Below, piece after piece: positions 1 to 9,587 of a DNA stretch of 64,000 nucleotides. The notes under the pieces are model-generated. The model saw only the letters and a list, made by a program, of their open reading frames with translations. It ran no database searches and was not told the DNA's origin. The position numbers were made by a program, and so were the translations under genes. Every line of letters starts with the position of its first letter. Positions within the stretch are counted from its first letter, which is position 1. Source of the DNA: Patescibacteria group bacterium (GTDB taxonomy: Bacteria > Patescibacteriota > Patescibacteriia > Patescibacteriales > UBA12075); assembly GCA_018897195.1 (NCBI GenBank), contig JAHILH010000004.1, positions 19,182 to 83,181 of the forward strand. The letters run 5' to 3'.

Positions 1-80
1 TTGAAGTGCAGACTGGTAACTACATGGGCGAAGATGATATTATTCGTTATGAAGATATCTACAACCGAACTTCAAAATAA
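1..80 (+). CDS. 3' end of an unidentified CDS (partial, starts upstream of window)
   Basis: Frame open from window edge to TAA at 78-80 (...EVQTGNYMGEDDIIRYEDIYNRTSK*), followed directly by a terminator hairpin. Product not recognised. Confidence 0.3.
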   Translation, partial: EVQTGNYMGEDDIIRYEDIYNRTSK

Positions 81-102
81 ATATAACTCAAGCAAATAAA
101 AA

Positions 103-141
103 AGCTACTTTCAAATTTTGAAAGTAGCTTTATTTGTTTTT
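103..141. terminator. bidirectional rho-independent terminator
   Basis: 10-bp perfect stem agctactttc (103-112) / gaaagtagct (120-129), with an A-run upstream and a T-run downstream. It lies between convergent CDSs. Confidence 0.6.
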
Positions 142-142
142 T

Positions 143-364
143 TCATTCAAATAACAAGAGATATTCTTCATTACATGAAAAGCCACACTTGCGCAAGGCT
201 GAGTGCAAAGCCTTCGTCTTAGTTTCTCCATGTCCAGAATAGTTTACTCCATTCTTGGTGGTGATACGACAGCATTGTGCATTGCTAAATTGAGGCGAGC
301 AACCGCTTAATCCCAGGATGGCGACCACGAGTATAAACAGATTAAATTTCCTGAGCATATCCAC
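143..364 (-). CDS. small putative lipoprotein (hypothetical)
   Basis: 73 aa. Signal peptide with lipobox-like LSGC (MDMLRKFNLFILVVAILGLSGC) and four further Cys. Confidence 0.5.
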   Translation of the reverse strand: MDMLRKFNLFILVVAILGLSGCSPQFSNAQCCRITTKNGVNYSGHGETKTKALHSALRKCGFSCNEEYLLLFE

Positions 365-488
365 CCCCCTTTTTTTAAGTTATACTTCAAATGAACAAAC
401 CATTATATAAATAACCCTTATATATAGCACAAAGATTGGAAAAAGTCAATCCATTGTCTTGAGCACAACACCTTTAAATAATAATTAT

Positions 489-953
489 TTAATAGTGATA
501 ACTCTTCCCACTCTCTATCATTTGTGCCCGATAAATCTGCTCAACCAATATCAATCTTGCCATTTCATGCAGAAAAGTCATTTTAGACAAAGATAATTTA
601 ACATCCATTTTACTCAAAGTTTTACTTGAAAACCCTAGAGCACCGCCGATTATAAAAATAATTTCTTGATTAGTTTTATTTAAAAATTTTGAGAATTCCA
701 TTGATGAATATTCAGTCCCGCCCTCAGTTAAGCAAATAATTTTCTTGTCCTTATTTTTTTCAAGATAATCTAAAATTCTCTGATTCTCTTTCTCCTTCGC
801 CTGCTCGCGATTGGTTTCACCAAAAGCTTCAGGTGCCAACTCTACCACTTTAATTTTGGCGTATGGTTTTAAACGTTTCAAATACTCCGCCACCCCATCG
901 CGGTATATTTTTTCTTTTAATTTTCCGACAGCTAAAATCGTTATACTATACAT
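489..953 (-). CDS. rlmH: 23S rRNA (pseudouridine1915-N3)-methyltransferase RlmH (SPOUT)
   Basis: 154 aa with typical RlmH N-terminus (ILAVGKLKE..Y..G..EY.KRL) and C-terminal SPOUT knot region (GGALGFS...LSLSKMTFLHEMARLIL.EQIYRA). Confidence 0.85.
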   Translation of the reverse strand: MYSITILAVGKLKEKIYRDGVAEYLKRLKPYAKIKVVELAPEAFGETNREQAKEKENQRILDYLEKNKDKKIICLTEGGTEYSSMEFSKFLNKTNQEIIFIIGGALGFSSKTLSKMDVKLSLSKMTFLHEMARLILVEQIYRAQMIESGKSYHY

Positions 954-1029
954 AGAAGTTAAAAATATTAAACACCACCGTTCTACCTCACCCCGTCCCC
1001 TTTATTATGAATTGGACGAGGATTACGTT

Positions 1030-1060
1030 AACCCTCTCCTGCAAAGGAGAGGGAGACTGC
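1030..1060. repeat. GC-rich hairpin repeat, truncated copy
   Basis: CCCTCTCC(1032-1039)-tgcaaa-GGAGAGGG(1046-1053). It lacks the GGGTGAGG tail of the full copies. Confidence 0.6.
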
Positions 1061-1117
1061 ACTCGTCATGAATATTAATGGATAATTTATTTTTTTTAAA
1101 AAAAGAAGTTCTACAAG

Positions 1118-1157
1118 TTCCCTCGCCCCGCCGGGAGAGGGTTAGGGTGAGGGAGCC
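1118..1157. repeat. GC-rich hairpin repeat, forward copy
   Basis: ccctcgccccgccgggagagggttagggtgagggag, intergenic between the ROK kinase stop and the rlmH start. Confidence 0.7.
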
Positions 1158-1158
1158 A

Positions 1159-2013
1159 TTAAATTTGCAATAACAGCGCTGCGCCAATCGCACCTGCCTC
1201 ACTGCCGAGTTTGCTCTTCAAAATATCAATCTTCTTTGCCTCCGGATTGCCAACAAATTCTCGCATAGTCTTTTTTAATTCCGGCAAAAACAATGGACTT
1301 GACTCCATTACACCACCACCGACGACAAAAACTTCCGGATCAATCGTGTTTACCACATTAGCCAAGGCAATACCTAAAATTTGGCCGACTTCTTCGTATG
1401 ACTTTATCGCAAAATCATCACCGTGATAAGCCTGGTCAGACAACTTCGCCGGACTGGCTTGCAATAATTTCATATAAGCATCTTCTAGGGAAATTTTTTC
1501 AGAAAAATTAACAATCATACTACAAATCTCACCAGCGCCATTTCTATGTCCGCGATAAATATCACCGTTTACCCACCAAGATGAGCCCACGCTCGTGCCC
1601 AAGGCCACGCCAAAAACATTGGTATGTTTTTTCGCCGCTCCCAACAAAACCTCAGCACGAACAAAACATTTACCATCATTATCCATCACCGATCGATAAC
1701 CCGTTTTCTCTTGAACTATTTGCGCCAACTTCACATTATTTAAAATATCCACATTCGGTGCTTGTACAATTTTTTGTTCATCAAAATCAACCAATCCAGC
1801 CACACTTAAACCAATGCCAACAATTTTACATCGATCTTTCTTTGCTTCCTCCTCCAAGGGCTCAATCAAGGCCTTAATCATGATTAATAAATGATCCAAG
1901 CTATCCTTTGGCGTTGCTAATGAAAGTCGTGACACCACTTTTTTGCCATCAAAAAGAACGGCCTTCATATTAGTACCACCAATGTCGACACCAATTGTAT
2001 AATCATTACTCAT
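1159..2013 (-). CDS. ROK-family sugar kinase (glucokinase-like)
   Basis: 284 aa. N-terminal ATP-binding motif GVDIGGTNMK and overall ROK layout (GIGLSVAGLVD, ..GGGV..). Confidence 0.8.
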   Translation of the reverse strand: MSNDYTIGVDIGGTNMKAVLFDGKKVVSRLSLATPKDSLDHLLIMIKALIEPLEEEAKKDRCKIVGIGLSVAGLVDFDEQKIVQAPNVDILNNVKLAQIVQEKTGYRSVMDNDGKCFVRAEVLLGAAKKHTNVFGVALGTSVGSSWWVNGDIYRGHRNGAGEICSMIVNFSEKISLEDAYMKLLQASPAKLSDQAYHGDDFAIKSYEEVGQILGIALANVVNTIDPEVFVVGGGVMESSPLFLPELKKTMREFVGNPEAKKIDILKSKLGSEAGAIGAALLLQI

Positions 2014-2030
2014 AAAATATAAATTAATTG

Positions 2031-3059
2031 TTATTTTTGATACAACTCCTTAGCCGCTTCCCAAATATCAGGATTATTCTGTATTTCTTTTTCCCAATAC
2101 CACCATTCAACGCCCCAAAGATAAAACTCGCTGAATCCCGTAGTTGAGGAGAACTCTATCATATCTTTAAATTTTTGTAAATTCATAGTCTTACTTCTTT
2201 CCTCTTCGCTCAAATTTTGAAACGGCTTCGGCCCCCAAGGCTCGCCCTGCATTTCAATCACGACCCACTTCTGCGGTTTAGCAAAAAAACTGGTCACATT
2301 TTTCTTAAAACGAAAAAATGCTGGTGTGATTGGATAATGAACATATCTTTCTAGCTTAGCCGAATAAGTATCTCGGTACATAGTCGTACCAAAGATATCG
2401 GCACGCTTAGCTGCCGGAACCCATAGGGACAGTTCTCCGGAATCAGTCACAATTACTGGACGTGAATCTAGTTTTTTTACCAAAGCAATTTCCTTGTCCA
2501 AGAAATTACTATCAAGAGGTGGACAAATGCCAAAATATTTCAAAAACGGTTCATTTTCTACCTGCCAAGCGGTTATGTTTTTATTTTCCTTATATCGCAA
2601 AATAGTTTTCTCCAAATAATCCAAGGTATATTTTTCCTTTTTATCTTTATCTAAATTATTCACCCATTCTGGATAATGACACTCTGGCCAGCGAGGCAGT
2701 CTCCCACCCATTGCTAAAACGATTTCCGCATTACGACTAGACGCTTCACTAATTTGCCAATCCAGGTCGTTCCAAGTATATTCTCCACCCTCAACTGATT
2801 GCAAATCATCCCAATAAGCCGACAGGCGCAATTTCTTAACACCCAATTCATCCAACATGGCAATATAGGTCTTTTTCCAATCCAGGCCTAGTGCCATTGC
2901 TTGTTTTTGAGAAAAAGTGACGCCATATTTTAATTCATTTCTCTTGGGAATATGGATTTGGCTCAAAGTAATAACTATCACCAACAGAAGAAAGAAGAAA
3001 AGAAAAAAATATTTTAATATTCTTAGAGATTTAAACATAAAATATATCAAAAAAAGCAC
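2031..3059 (-). CDS. membrane-anchored glycoside-hydrolase-like protein (clan GH-A type NEP motif)
   Basis: 342 aa. N-terminal TM helix, AWQVENEPF acid/base-like motif and Trp-rich TIM-barrel-like sequence. Family not assigned. The likely start is M8 (3038). Confidence 0.45.
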   Translation of the reverse strand: MLFLIYFMFKSLRILKYFFLFFFLLLVIVITLSQIHIPKRNELKYGVTFSQKQAMALGLDWKKTYIAMLDELGVKKLRLSAYWDDLQSVEGGEYTWNDLDWQISEASSRNAEIVLAMGGRLPRWPECHYPEWVNNLDKDKKEKYTLDYLEKTILRYKENKNITAWQVENEPFLKYFGICPPLDSNFLDKEIALVKKLDSRPVIVTDSGELSLWVPAAKRADIFGTTMYRDTYSAKLERYVHYPITPAFFRFKKNVTSFFAKPQKWVVIEMQGEPWGPKPFQNLSEEERSKTMNLQKFKDMIEFSSTTGFSEFYLWGVEWWYWEKEIQNNPDIWEAAKELYQK

Positions 3060-3489
3060 TATCTATCAAAGTTGTGCTAGAAGTAGCTGTATTTATTTGA
3101 TTACCGACAAAAATAGTAACGCCATAAGCTGCCAAGATTATCGCCAAACCAATCACGGCATTCTTAATTTGAGACAATGCTTCTTCTGTGACCTTATTAT
3201 CACCAGCCATCATGTATTTATAACCTGCTAATATAATTAAAATCACGAATATCAACCCCAATAACCCCAAAAATATTTTAACATATGAAACTATAATTTC
3301 TCGAACATCTTTATTAGGATTGGTCCCAAAGGCGGAATCAATCTGTCCGCTACCCGGAGCCATTCCTTCTTGATTATTAAGATTAAGCGGACCGGCGATT
3401 ACTTGATGAACATTAGACATAAAACTCATCTGAAATACTGCCATAACTAGCAATATTGCAAAACTTACAATTTTTTTGGATTTATTCAT
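3031..3489 (-). CDS. TrbC/VirB2-like (T4SS-pilin family) small membrane protein
   Basis: 152 aa. Signal/TM helix, then two long hydrophobic helices separated by a charged loop (ILAGYKYMMAGDNKVTEEALSQIKNAVIGLAIILAAYG). Paralog-like to 54243..54770. Confidence 0.45.
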   Translation of the reverse strand: MNKSKKIVSFAILLVMAVFQMSFMSNVHQVIAGPLNLNNQEGMAPGSGQIDSAFGTNPNKDVREIIVSYVKIFLGLLGLIFVILIILAGYKYMMAGDNKVTEEALSQIKNAVIGLAIILAAYGVTIFVGNQINTATSSTTLIDSAFFDIFYV

Positions 3490-3556
3490 ATAATTTTGAT
3501 ATAATAATTATAACTTCTTATAATATACCATAAAATTAATTCTTTGAACATAAACT

Positions 3557-4999
3557 ATGCGCTTATCCACTAAAATTGCCTATAATACCATCATTCAAAT
3601 CGTCAGCAAGGTTATTTCTACCGCTTTAGCCTTGGCCGCCGTAGCAATCATCACCCGCCAACTTGGCCAAACGGGTTTTGGTGAATACACAACCGTGGTG
3701 ACCTATCTGTCTTTTTTTGCCATTGCCGCTGATTTAGGCCTAACCCTAATTACCGTTCAGATGATTAGCAAGCCCGATATTGACGAAGATTATGTCTTGG
3801 GCAATCTTTTTGGTCTCCGCCTAGTCTCCGCCCTGATCTTCTTAGCACCCGCTCCCCTGATCGCAGTTTTCTTTCCTTACAGTGCTGCCATGAAAATGGG
3901 CATCATCATCGCCTCTTTTTCTTTTTTATTTATTGCCCTCAATCAGGTTCTCGTTGGCGTTTTCCAAAAAAATCTCCGCATGGACAAAGTTTCCATCGCC
4001 GACATTGTCAGTCGCGTCTTCTTAGTTGTTGGCATTGTAATTGTGTACAAATTTAACTACGGGCTCTTGAGTATCCTCCTTGTCACATCTTTATCTAGTT
4101 TGGTGAATTTTATTTTTCACTTCTACTTTTCTCGCCAATTCACGATTATAAAACTGCGCTTCGATTTTCGCTTTTGGCAAGAAATAATGATCAAGTCCTG
4201 GCCACTCGCACTCACAATTACTCTCAATTTAATTTATTTAAAAACCGACACGCTACTTCTATCCATTGTCGACCGTCAGAGCGATATCGGCATCCTGGCC
4301 GAGGTTGGTTTATACGGCGCTGCTTACAAAGTTATTGACGTTCTGGTCACCCTACCGTTTATGTTCGCCGGCATCATCCTGCCCATCCTAACCCTGTCCT
4401 GGTCGCAGGGCAAAAAAGAAGAATTTAGCACTGTCCTGCAAAAATCCTTCAACGTCATGGCCATCATCGCTATTCCTGTAAGCCTAGGCACTCAACTCTT
4501 AGCCAAGGATATAATGACACTGGTTGCTGGCCCAGATTTTTCCGGCTCTGGAAAAATCTTGCAAATCCTAATCCTGGCTGCTGGCATGATCTTTTTGGGC
4601 AACATGCTTGCCCACGCTATTATCGCGATTGAAAAACAAAAAGCCGTCATCAAGGCATATCTTTTTACCGCTGTCACCTCCGTCATCGGCTATCTACTCC
4701 TCATCCCGCTCTATTCCTACTACGCCGCTGCCTGGGTAACGGTCTACTCCGAAAGTGTCATCGCCCTAGCCTCGATTTACATCATCTGGAAATACACCAG
4801 ATTTTTGCCCAATCTAAAAATAATCATCCAAACTGGCGCCGCCTCTTTATTAATGTGCGCTAGCATTTGGCTATTACATTTTTTCCAAATTAATAATTTA
4901 CTTATCGTGCTAACAGTCGCTATTCTTATTTACTTTTTCTTTTTATTTTTATTCAATGGACTAAATCGAAAAGAAATCATTGAGCTGTTAAAAAAATAA
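3557..4999 (+). CDS. MOP-superfamily polysaccharide/lipid-linked oligosaccharide flippase (Wzx/MurJ-like)
   Basis: 480 aa, about 14 predicted TM segments, N-terminus typical of polysaccharide biosynthesis flippases. Confidence 0.7.
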   Translation: MRLSTKIAYNTIIQIVSKVISTALALAAVAIITRQLGQTGFGEYTTVVTYLSFFAIAADLGLTLITVQMISKPDIDEDYVLGNLFGLRLVSALIFLAPAPLIAVFFPYSAAMKMGIIIASFSFLFIALNQVLVGVFQKNLRMDKVSIADIVSRVFLVVGIVIVYKFNYGLLSILLVTSLSSLVNFIFHFYFSRQFTIIKLRFDFRFWQEIMIKSWPLALTITLNLIYLKTDTLLLSIVDRQSDIGILAEVGLYGAAYKVIDVLVTLPFMFAGIILPILTLSWSQGKKEEFSTVLQKSFNVMAIIAIPVSLGTQLLAKDIMTLVAGPDFSGSGKILQILILAAGMIFLGNMLAHAIIAIEKQKAVIKAYLFTAVTSVIGYLLLIPLYSYYAAAWVTVYSESVIALASIYIIWKYTRFLPNLKIIIQTGAASLLMCASIWLLHFFQINNLLIVLTVAILIYFFFLFLFNGLNRKEIIELLKK

Positions 5000-5009
5000 A
5001 AATCAATTT

Positions 5010-6134
5010 ATGCAAATCCTTATTATAAATTCCTACTACAACATCAAACCTCTTTTTCCCATCTTTGAAGAGTTGAGCAATAAAGATCATAGCTTGTGCT
5101 TTCTTTCACATGATTCACGCTTGATCAAATTAGCGCTCGAAAAAAAATATCCAGCCCAAAAAATCCGCGCACATCAACAACCAGCAACTCTCCTAGCTAT
5201 TTTGCTAATTGTCTTTCTACCGCTTACTCTAGTTTACGGTTTTTTCGCAATTCTTTATTACAAGCTCAAAAAGAAAACAAACACGATTATTTATTTCAAT
5301 TGGTTTGAAAAAATTATCTACACTATCCCGGCTAAACTTTTAAAAATAAAAAATATTTGGCTCTTTTTACCAGAAACAGAAACCAATAATTTAAATATTG
5401 GCCTACAAAAAATTATCAAGCTTTCTTCTCAACTCGCCACTGTTATTGTTTTCAATCAAAAGACCAAAGACAAAATTAATAAACTCATTTCTTTAAAATC
5501 TGTAATCAAAGTCATTCCTCTTGGTATCAAAAATAATCACGAACGCCAAGAAAATATTTTTGAAGAACTTTCCAAAGCCGAACATGCCGAAGGGGCCAAA
5601 AAATATTTCACCATTGGGACCGCCGTTGAACTCAACAAAAATCAAAATATTGAAATGCTTTTTCATGCAATCGAAAAATGTATTTCTGTTTTACCAAACC
5701 TACAATTAATTATTATTGGCGACGGTGAAGAAAGAAAAACCCTCAGCTGGCTCGCCAAAAAAATGAATATCGAAAATATCACCTGGTTCGTGGGTGAACA
5801 AAAATTTCCGCGCAAATGGCTAGACAACTTCGACATCTTCGTTTCAACAAGCAGAGAACTCCATCTCGCCGACATTGAAATTACCCTAACCGCCATGAAA
5901 GCCAACCTGCCTATCATCGGTTTTTGGAATACCGGCATCGACGACCTAATCAGCACCAATAATAATGGCAAAATCATTGAAAAAGAAGACAGCGAACTCT
6001 TAGCTGACGAAATTATCAATCTCTATAAGCACAAAGTATTATGCCACAAACTCGGCGAAGCAGCCAAGTTTCAGGTTGACAAAAACTATAATCTTGATAC
6101 AATGGTAGATACCCTATTGGCGGTTTTAAAATAA
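5010..6134 (+). CDS. glycosyltransferase (GT-B, family 4-like)
   Basis: 374 aa. C-terminal half resembles the GT4 nucleotide-sugar binding domain (LQLIIIGDGEER..L...A....I.NI.W.G......W....DIFV.TS). It follows the flippase gene after 10 nt. Confidence 0.55.
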   Translation: MQILIINSYYNIKPLFPIFEELSNKDHSLCFLSHDSRLIKLALEKKYPAQKIRAHQQPATLLAILLIVFLPLTLVYGFFAILYYKLKKKTNTIIYFNWFEKIIYTIPAKLLKIKNIWLFLPETETNNLNIGLQKIIKLSSQLATVIVFNQKTKDKINKLISLKSVIKVIPLGIKNNHERQENIFEELSKAEHAEGAKKYFTIGTAVELNKNQNIEMLFHAIEKCISVLPNLQLIIIGDGEERKTLSWLAKKMNIENITWFVGEQKFPRKWLDNFDIFVSTSRELHLADIEITLTAMKANLPIIGFWNTGIDDLISTNNNGKIIEKEDSELLADEIINLYKHKVLCHKLGEAAKFQVDKNYNLDTMVDTLLAVLK

Positions 6135-6147
6135 TATTATCATATTT

Positions 6148-6187
6148 TCTCCCTCTCCTTGCCAGGAGAGGGTCGGGGTGAGGTAGT
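6148..6187. repeat. GC-rich hairpin repeat, forward copy
   Basis: tctccctctccttgccaggagagggtcggggtgaggtagt, identical to the copy at 7193-7232. Confidence 0.8.
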
Positions 6188-6197
6188 GAATTACAAA

Positions 6198-7175
6198 ATG
6201 AACAAAATACTAGCAAAAATAGAAGATGAGAGCAAAAGACTAGACGTTTTCCTAGCTGAAAAGCTCGAAAATATCACTAGATCACAAATCCAAAAAATCA
6301 TCAAATCCGGCAACATCACCATCAATGATGTTGTTTATGATTCTCCGCACCACAAAGTCAAAGACAACGACCTGATTGTTGTTACCAGTATGGACAAAAA
6401 AAAGAAAGAAGTGGTGAAGAAGGTAGCCGAAGAAGGTGAAGAGCCAGTTTTTTTCACAATCAAAGACATTCCAATTATCGAAGAAAATGACGACTTTATT
6501 ATCATCAATAAGCCAGCCGGCCTCATCACGCACGGTGATGACCATATCATGGAAAAAACTTTAGCAGATTTATTATTAGAGAAATATCCGGAAATGAAGA
6601 AAGTTGGCGATGACCCACATCGTCCCGGCATCGTTCACCGTCTCGATAAGGAAGCGAGTGGCCTCATGGTCGTGGCACGCACCCAAGAAGCGTTTGAACA
6701 TCTCAAAGAACAATTCAAAAAACGCCGTACGAAAAAAATTTATATAACTCTTGTTCACGGCAAAACCGATAAAGACGAAGACACAATTAACTTCCCCATC
6801 GCCCGCAGTTCCAAAGGTTTCAAAATGGCGGCCAAGGCTTACACGGAAAAAGGCATAAAAAATACAGAAGGCAAACCAGCTGATACTGAATTTAATGTCC
6901 TGACTAGATTTGTTAATTACACCTTATTAAAAGTAAGAATCAAAACCGGCCGCACGCACCAAATACGCACTCACATGTCCGCCTACGGTCACCCGATTGT
7001 CGGCGACAAACTATACAGCACCCGCGTCGCTCGTGAGAAGAATAAGAAAATAAATTTAGGAAGAATTTTCCTAACAGCCGTGGAGCTAGAATTTAAAGAC
7101 CTACAAGGAGAGAAAAGAAATTTCCAGATTGAATTACCAAGTGAATTACAAGAACTATTGAAAGTAGTCAAATAA
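6198..7175 (+). CDS. rluD: RluA-family pseudouridine synthase (RluD-like, S4 domain + catalytic domain)
   Basis: The ATG at 6198 avoids reading through the repeat. S4-like N-terminus (RLDVFLAEKL..ITRSQIQKIIK.G.I.IN) and catalytic motif HRLDKEASGLMVVA. Confidence 0.8.
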   Translation: MNKILAKIEDESKRLDVFLAEKLENITRSQIQKIIKSGNITINDVVYDSPHHKVKDNDLIVVTSMDKKKKEVVKKVAEEGEEPVFFTIKDIPIIEENDDFIIINKPAGLITHGDDHIMEKTLADLLLEKYPEMKKVGDDPHRPGIVHRLDKEASGLMVVARTQEAFEHLKEQFKKRRTKKIYITLVHGKTDKDEDTINFPIARSSKGFKMAAKAYTEKGIKNTEGKPADTEFNVLTRFVNYTLLKVRIKTGRTHQIRTHMSAYGHPIVGDKLYSTRVAREKNKKINLGRIFLTAVELEFKDLQGEKRNFQIELPSELQELLKVVK

Positions 7176-7192
7176 AAAAATTATTCATTACA

Positions 7193-7232
7193 TCTCCCTC
7201 TCCTTGCCAGGAGAGGGTCGGGGTGAGGTAGT
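7193..7232. repeat. GC-rich hairpin repeat, forward copy
   Basis: Identical 40-mer to 6148-6187, immediately after the rluD stop. Confidence 0.8.
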
Positions 7233-7278
7233 ATTCCGTGCACAAAATTAACCACACACGACAAATCATCTTCCGACG

Positions 7279-7317
7279 CCCCCTCACCCCAGCCCTCTCC
7301 AGCCGTGGCGAGGGAGT
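7279..7317. repeat. GC-rich hairpin repeat, reverse-orientation copy
   Basis: ccccctcaccccagccctctccagccgtggcgagggag is the reverse complement of the family consensus. It forms an inverted pair with 7193-7232. Confidence 0.7.
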
Positions 7318-7340
7318 ATTAATAGCCATCTTATATCTAT

Positions 7341-7907
7341 ATGCAAAATAACCTATACATAATCTCCGGTCCTTCCGGTGCCGGCGAAGACAGCATCATC
7401 AACGGCCTCAAAGAATTATTTCCCGTTGAAGTTGTCATTACTACCACCACCCGCTCCATGCGCCCCGGCGAATCACAAGGCCAACCATATTATTTTATCA
7501 TCAAAGAAGAATTTCAAAAAAATATCGCTGCCAATAAATTCTTCGAATGGGCGCAACAATACAACGACAATCTCTACGGCGTTACCTTCGAAGAAATCGA
7601 ACGCGTCAAAAATTCCGGCAAAGTCGGCCTTTGGAAAATCGAATACAAGGGCGTTATGACTGCCAAAAAATTAATGCCAGAGGTGCCAGCCATCTTCATC
7701 AATGCCCCCCTGGATCAACTAGAAGAAAGAATCCGCCGACGCGATAATGTCACCGAAGAATTCATCCAAGAAAGAATCGCCTACACCAAAGAATGGCTTG
7801 AACACACCGATATTTATGATTATGAAGTAATAAATGAGAACGGAAAATTGGCTGAATCCATTAAGCAGGTTGCTCAATTTATCAAAACAAAAAAGACTGA
7901 TTACTAA
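7341..7907 (+). CDS. gmk: guanylate kinase
   Basis: 188 aa. P-loop ISGPSGAGEDS, TTTR..R.GE..G..Y.F motif. Confidence 0.85.
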   Translation: MQNNLYIISGPSGAGEDSIINGLKELFPVEVVITTTTRSMRPGESQGQPYYFIIKEEFQKNIAANKFFEWAQQYNDNLYGVTFEEIERVKNSGKVGLWKIEYKGVMTAKKLMPEVPAIFINAPLDQLEERIRRRDNVTEEFIQERIAYTKEWLEHTDIYDYEVINENGKLAESIKQVAQFIKTKKTDY

Positions 7908-7923
7908 ATCAGTCTTTTTTTAT
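7893..7923. terminator. bidirectional rho-independent terminator
   Basis: Stem aagactgatt / aatcagtctt spanning the gmk stop codon, flanked by an A-run and a T-run. Lies between convergent gmk and the helicase gene. Confidence 0.6.
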
Positions 7924-7936
7924 ATAGTTCTTAATT

Positions 7937-9361
7937 TTATCTATTACCAAACCCACCACCTCTCGGCTTAAATTTGCGTACCGCGCCACCAAAGGACTTA
8001 CCTCTCGCCTCACCGCCTGCTTCTCTGGGTTTGTTAAAATTACCAGTCGCCGCTCTCGGCTCTCTGGTTTTATTAAAACCACCACCGGCACTAGCACCCT
8101 CTTTCGGCTTATTAAAATTTCCGACCTTCTTCTCACCACCTTGTGAACCGCCACGGTTAAATGAACCGCGACCACCATTCACGCCCGAAGAGCGTCGGTT
8201 ACGGCTTGGCTTTTGTTCCTTGGGTGGATTCTGAATTAGTCTTTCTAATTCAACCAAGGGAATGTTTTTTTGAATAATTTTTTCAATTGAACGAATCGCT
8301 GCAATCTGTCTCGGGGTTGCGAATGAAATCGCTCGTCCCGCCTTACCAGCCCGACCGGTTCGACCGATACGGTGAATGTAGTCAGCTGAGTCATCAGGTA
8401 AGTCATAATTAATAACTAACTCGATACCTTTGACATCAATACCACGAGCCGCAATGTCAGTTGCTACCAACACGCGAAATTTGCCGTCTTTGAAACCTTG
8501 TAAAGCCATCTTGCGCTGTCCTAATGAACGGTTGGAATGAATCTCGGATGAAGTATGGCCCATCACCATAATCTTCTTACTCAAATCACTTACGCCACGC
8601 TTAGTTCGCGCAAACACTAACACAGTCCCCTTATATTCATTTAATATTTTCGCTAATTGCTTAGCCCGATCTTCCGCATTCAAAACAATCATCTCTTGAA
8701 TCACGCTCTCCGCTGGTGTTCCCGCTGGCGCCACCTCAATCCGCAACGGTAATTTCATACATTTCGTGGCGATCTTAATTACTTCCGGAGCCATCGTTGC
8801 TGAAAACAGCAAAGTCTGACGATCAGTCGGCACGGCTTTCAATATTTCATTAACCTGTGGCGCAAATCCCATGTCAAACATTAAATCTGCTTCATCCATC
8901 ACTAACATCCGCACCTTGTCCAATTTCACTGACTTTCTTTTAATATGATCAATCAAACGACCAGGAGTCGCGATAATAATATGCGGGTTACCACGCAAAG
9001 CGGTAATCTGGCGGAAAATTGGTGCACCTCCAATCAAAACCGCGGTTTTAATTCCAAGACTACGACCAATGCCCAATAAAGCTTCTTCAACCTGAAGCGC
9101 TAGCTCGCGGGTTGGCAAAATAATTAAGCCATTACCTCTATTCATCAAAACACGTTGTAACATCGGCACACCAAAGGCCAAGGTCTTACCCGTTCCCGTC
9201 TGTGCAATGCCCACGATATCTTTTTCAGTAATAATTACCGGAATCGATTTCAACTGAATAGGGGTTGGTATCTTAAATTCCATTTTATTAAGGACTTCTA
9301 AAATCCTCAAATCAATCCCAAGGGTATCAAAACCCTGAGACACTTCTTTGTTCTCTGTCAT
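7937..9361 (-). CDS. DEAD-box ATP-dependent RNA helicase with Gly/Arg/Asn-rich C-terminal tail
   Basis: 474 aa. Q motif (F..LGI....L......F..PTPIQ), AQTGTGKT, DEAD (VMDEADLM), SAT, HRIGRTGRAG. The last ~95 aa are low-complexity with GNFNKP[KR]E repeats. Confidence 0.9.
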   Translation of the reverse strand: MTENKEVSQGFDTLGIDLRILEVLNKMEFKIPTPIQLKSIPVIITEKDIVGIAQTGTGKTLAFGVPMLQRVLMNRGNGLIILPTRELALQVEEALLGIGRSLGIKTAVLIGGAPIFRQITALRGNPHIIIATPGRLIDHIKRKSVKLDKVRMLVMDEADLMFDMGFAPQVNEILKAVPTDRQTLLFSATMAPEVIKIATKCMKLPLRIEVAPAGTPAESVIQEMIVLNAEDRAKQLAKILNEYKGTVLVFARTKRGVSDLSKKIMVMGHTSSEIHSNRSLGQRKMALQGFKDGKFRVLVATDIAARGIDVKGIELVINYDLPDDSADYIHRIGRTGRAGKAGRAISFATPRQIAAIRSIEKIIQKNIPLVELERLIQNPPKEQKPSRNRRSSGVNGGRGSFNRGGSQGGEKKVGNFNKPKEGASAGGGFNKTREPRAATGNFNKPREAGGEARGKSFGGAVRKFKPRGGGFGNR

Positions 9362-9587
9362 TCATTTAGTGACCCGACGCTTAATAAACAGGCACTAATG
9401 TGACAAAATAAGTTCGAGTTCAATATATATTTAGATTAGACATTTATTCTAGCACAGAATGGATTATTTGTAAAGAGGCTGGAAATCTAAGTCATCATTG
9501 ACAGCTGTTTTTCTTCGTGCTAAAAATACATCATAAAATAAAAGTTCAAAATCATCTAAACAAATAAAAAGCAAAAAGGAGGAAAAT

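Noticed and set aside
811-1071. ORF 811..1071, ORF 6016..6216 and the 6159 start of rluD
   Set aside because: The open frames are created by reading through copies of the GC-rich hairpin repeat (peptides like LQRRGRLH / GEGRGEV). They overlap better-supported genes on the other strand or have a better internal start.
7909-8234. ORFs 7909..8178 (minus) and 7974..8234 (plus) in the helicase tail region
   Set aside because: They are off-frame or antisense readings of the Gly/Arg-rich low-complexity tail of the DEAD-box helicase. They have no independent signals.
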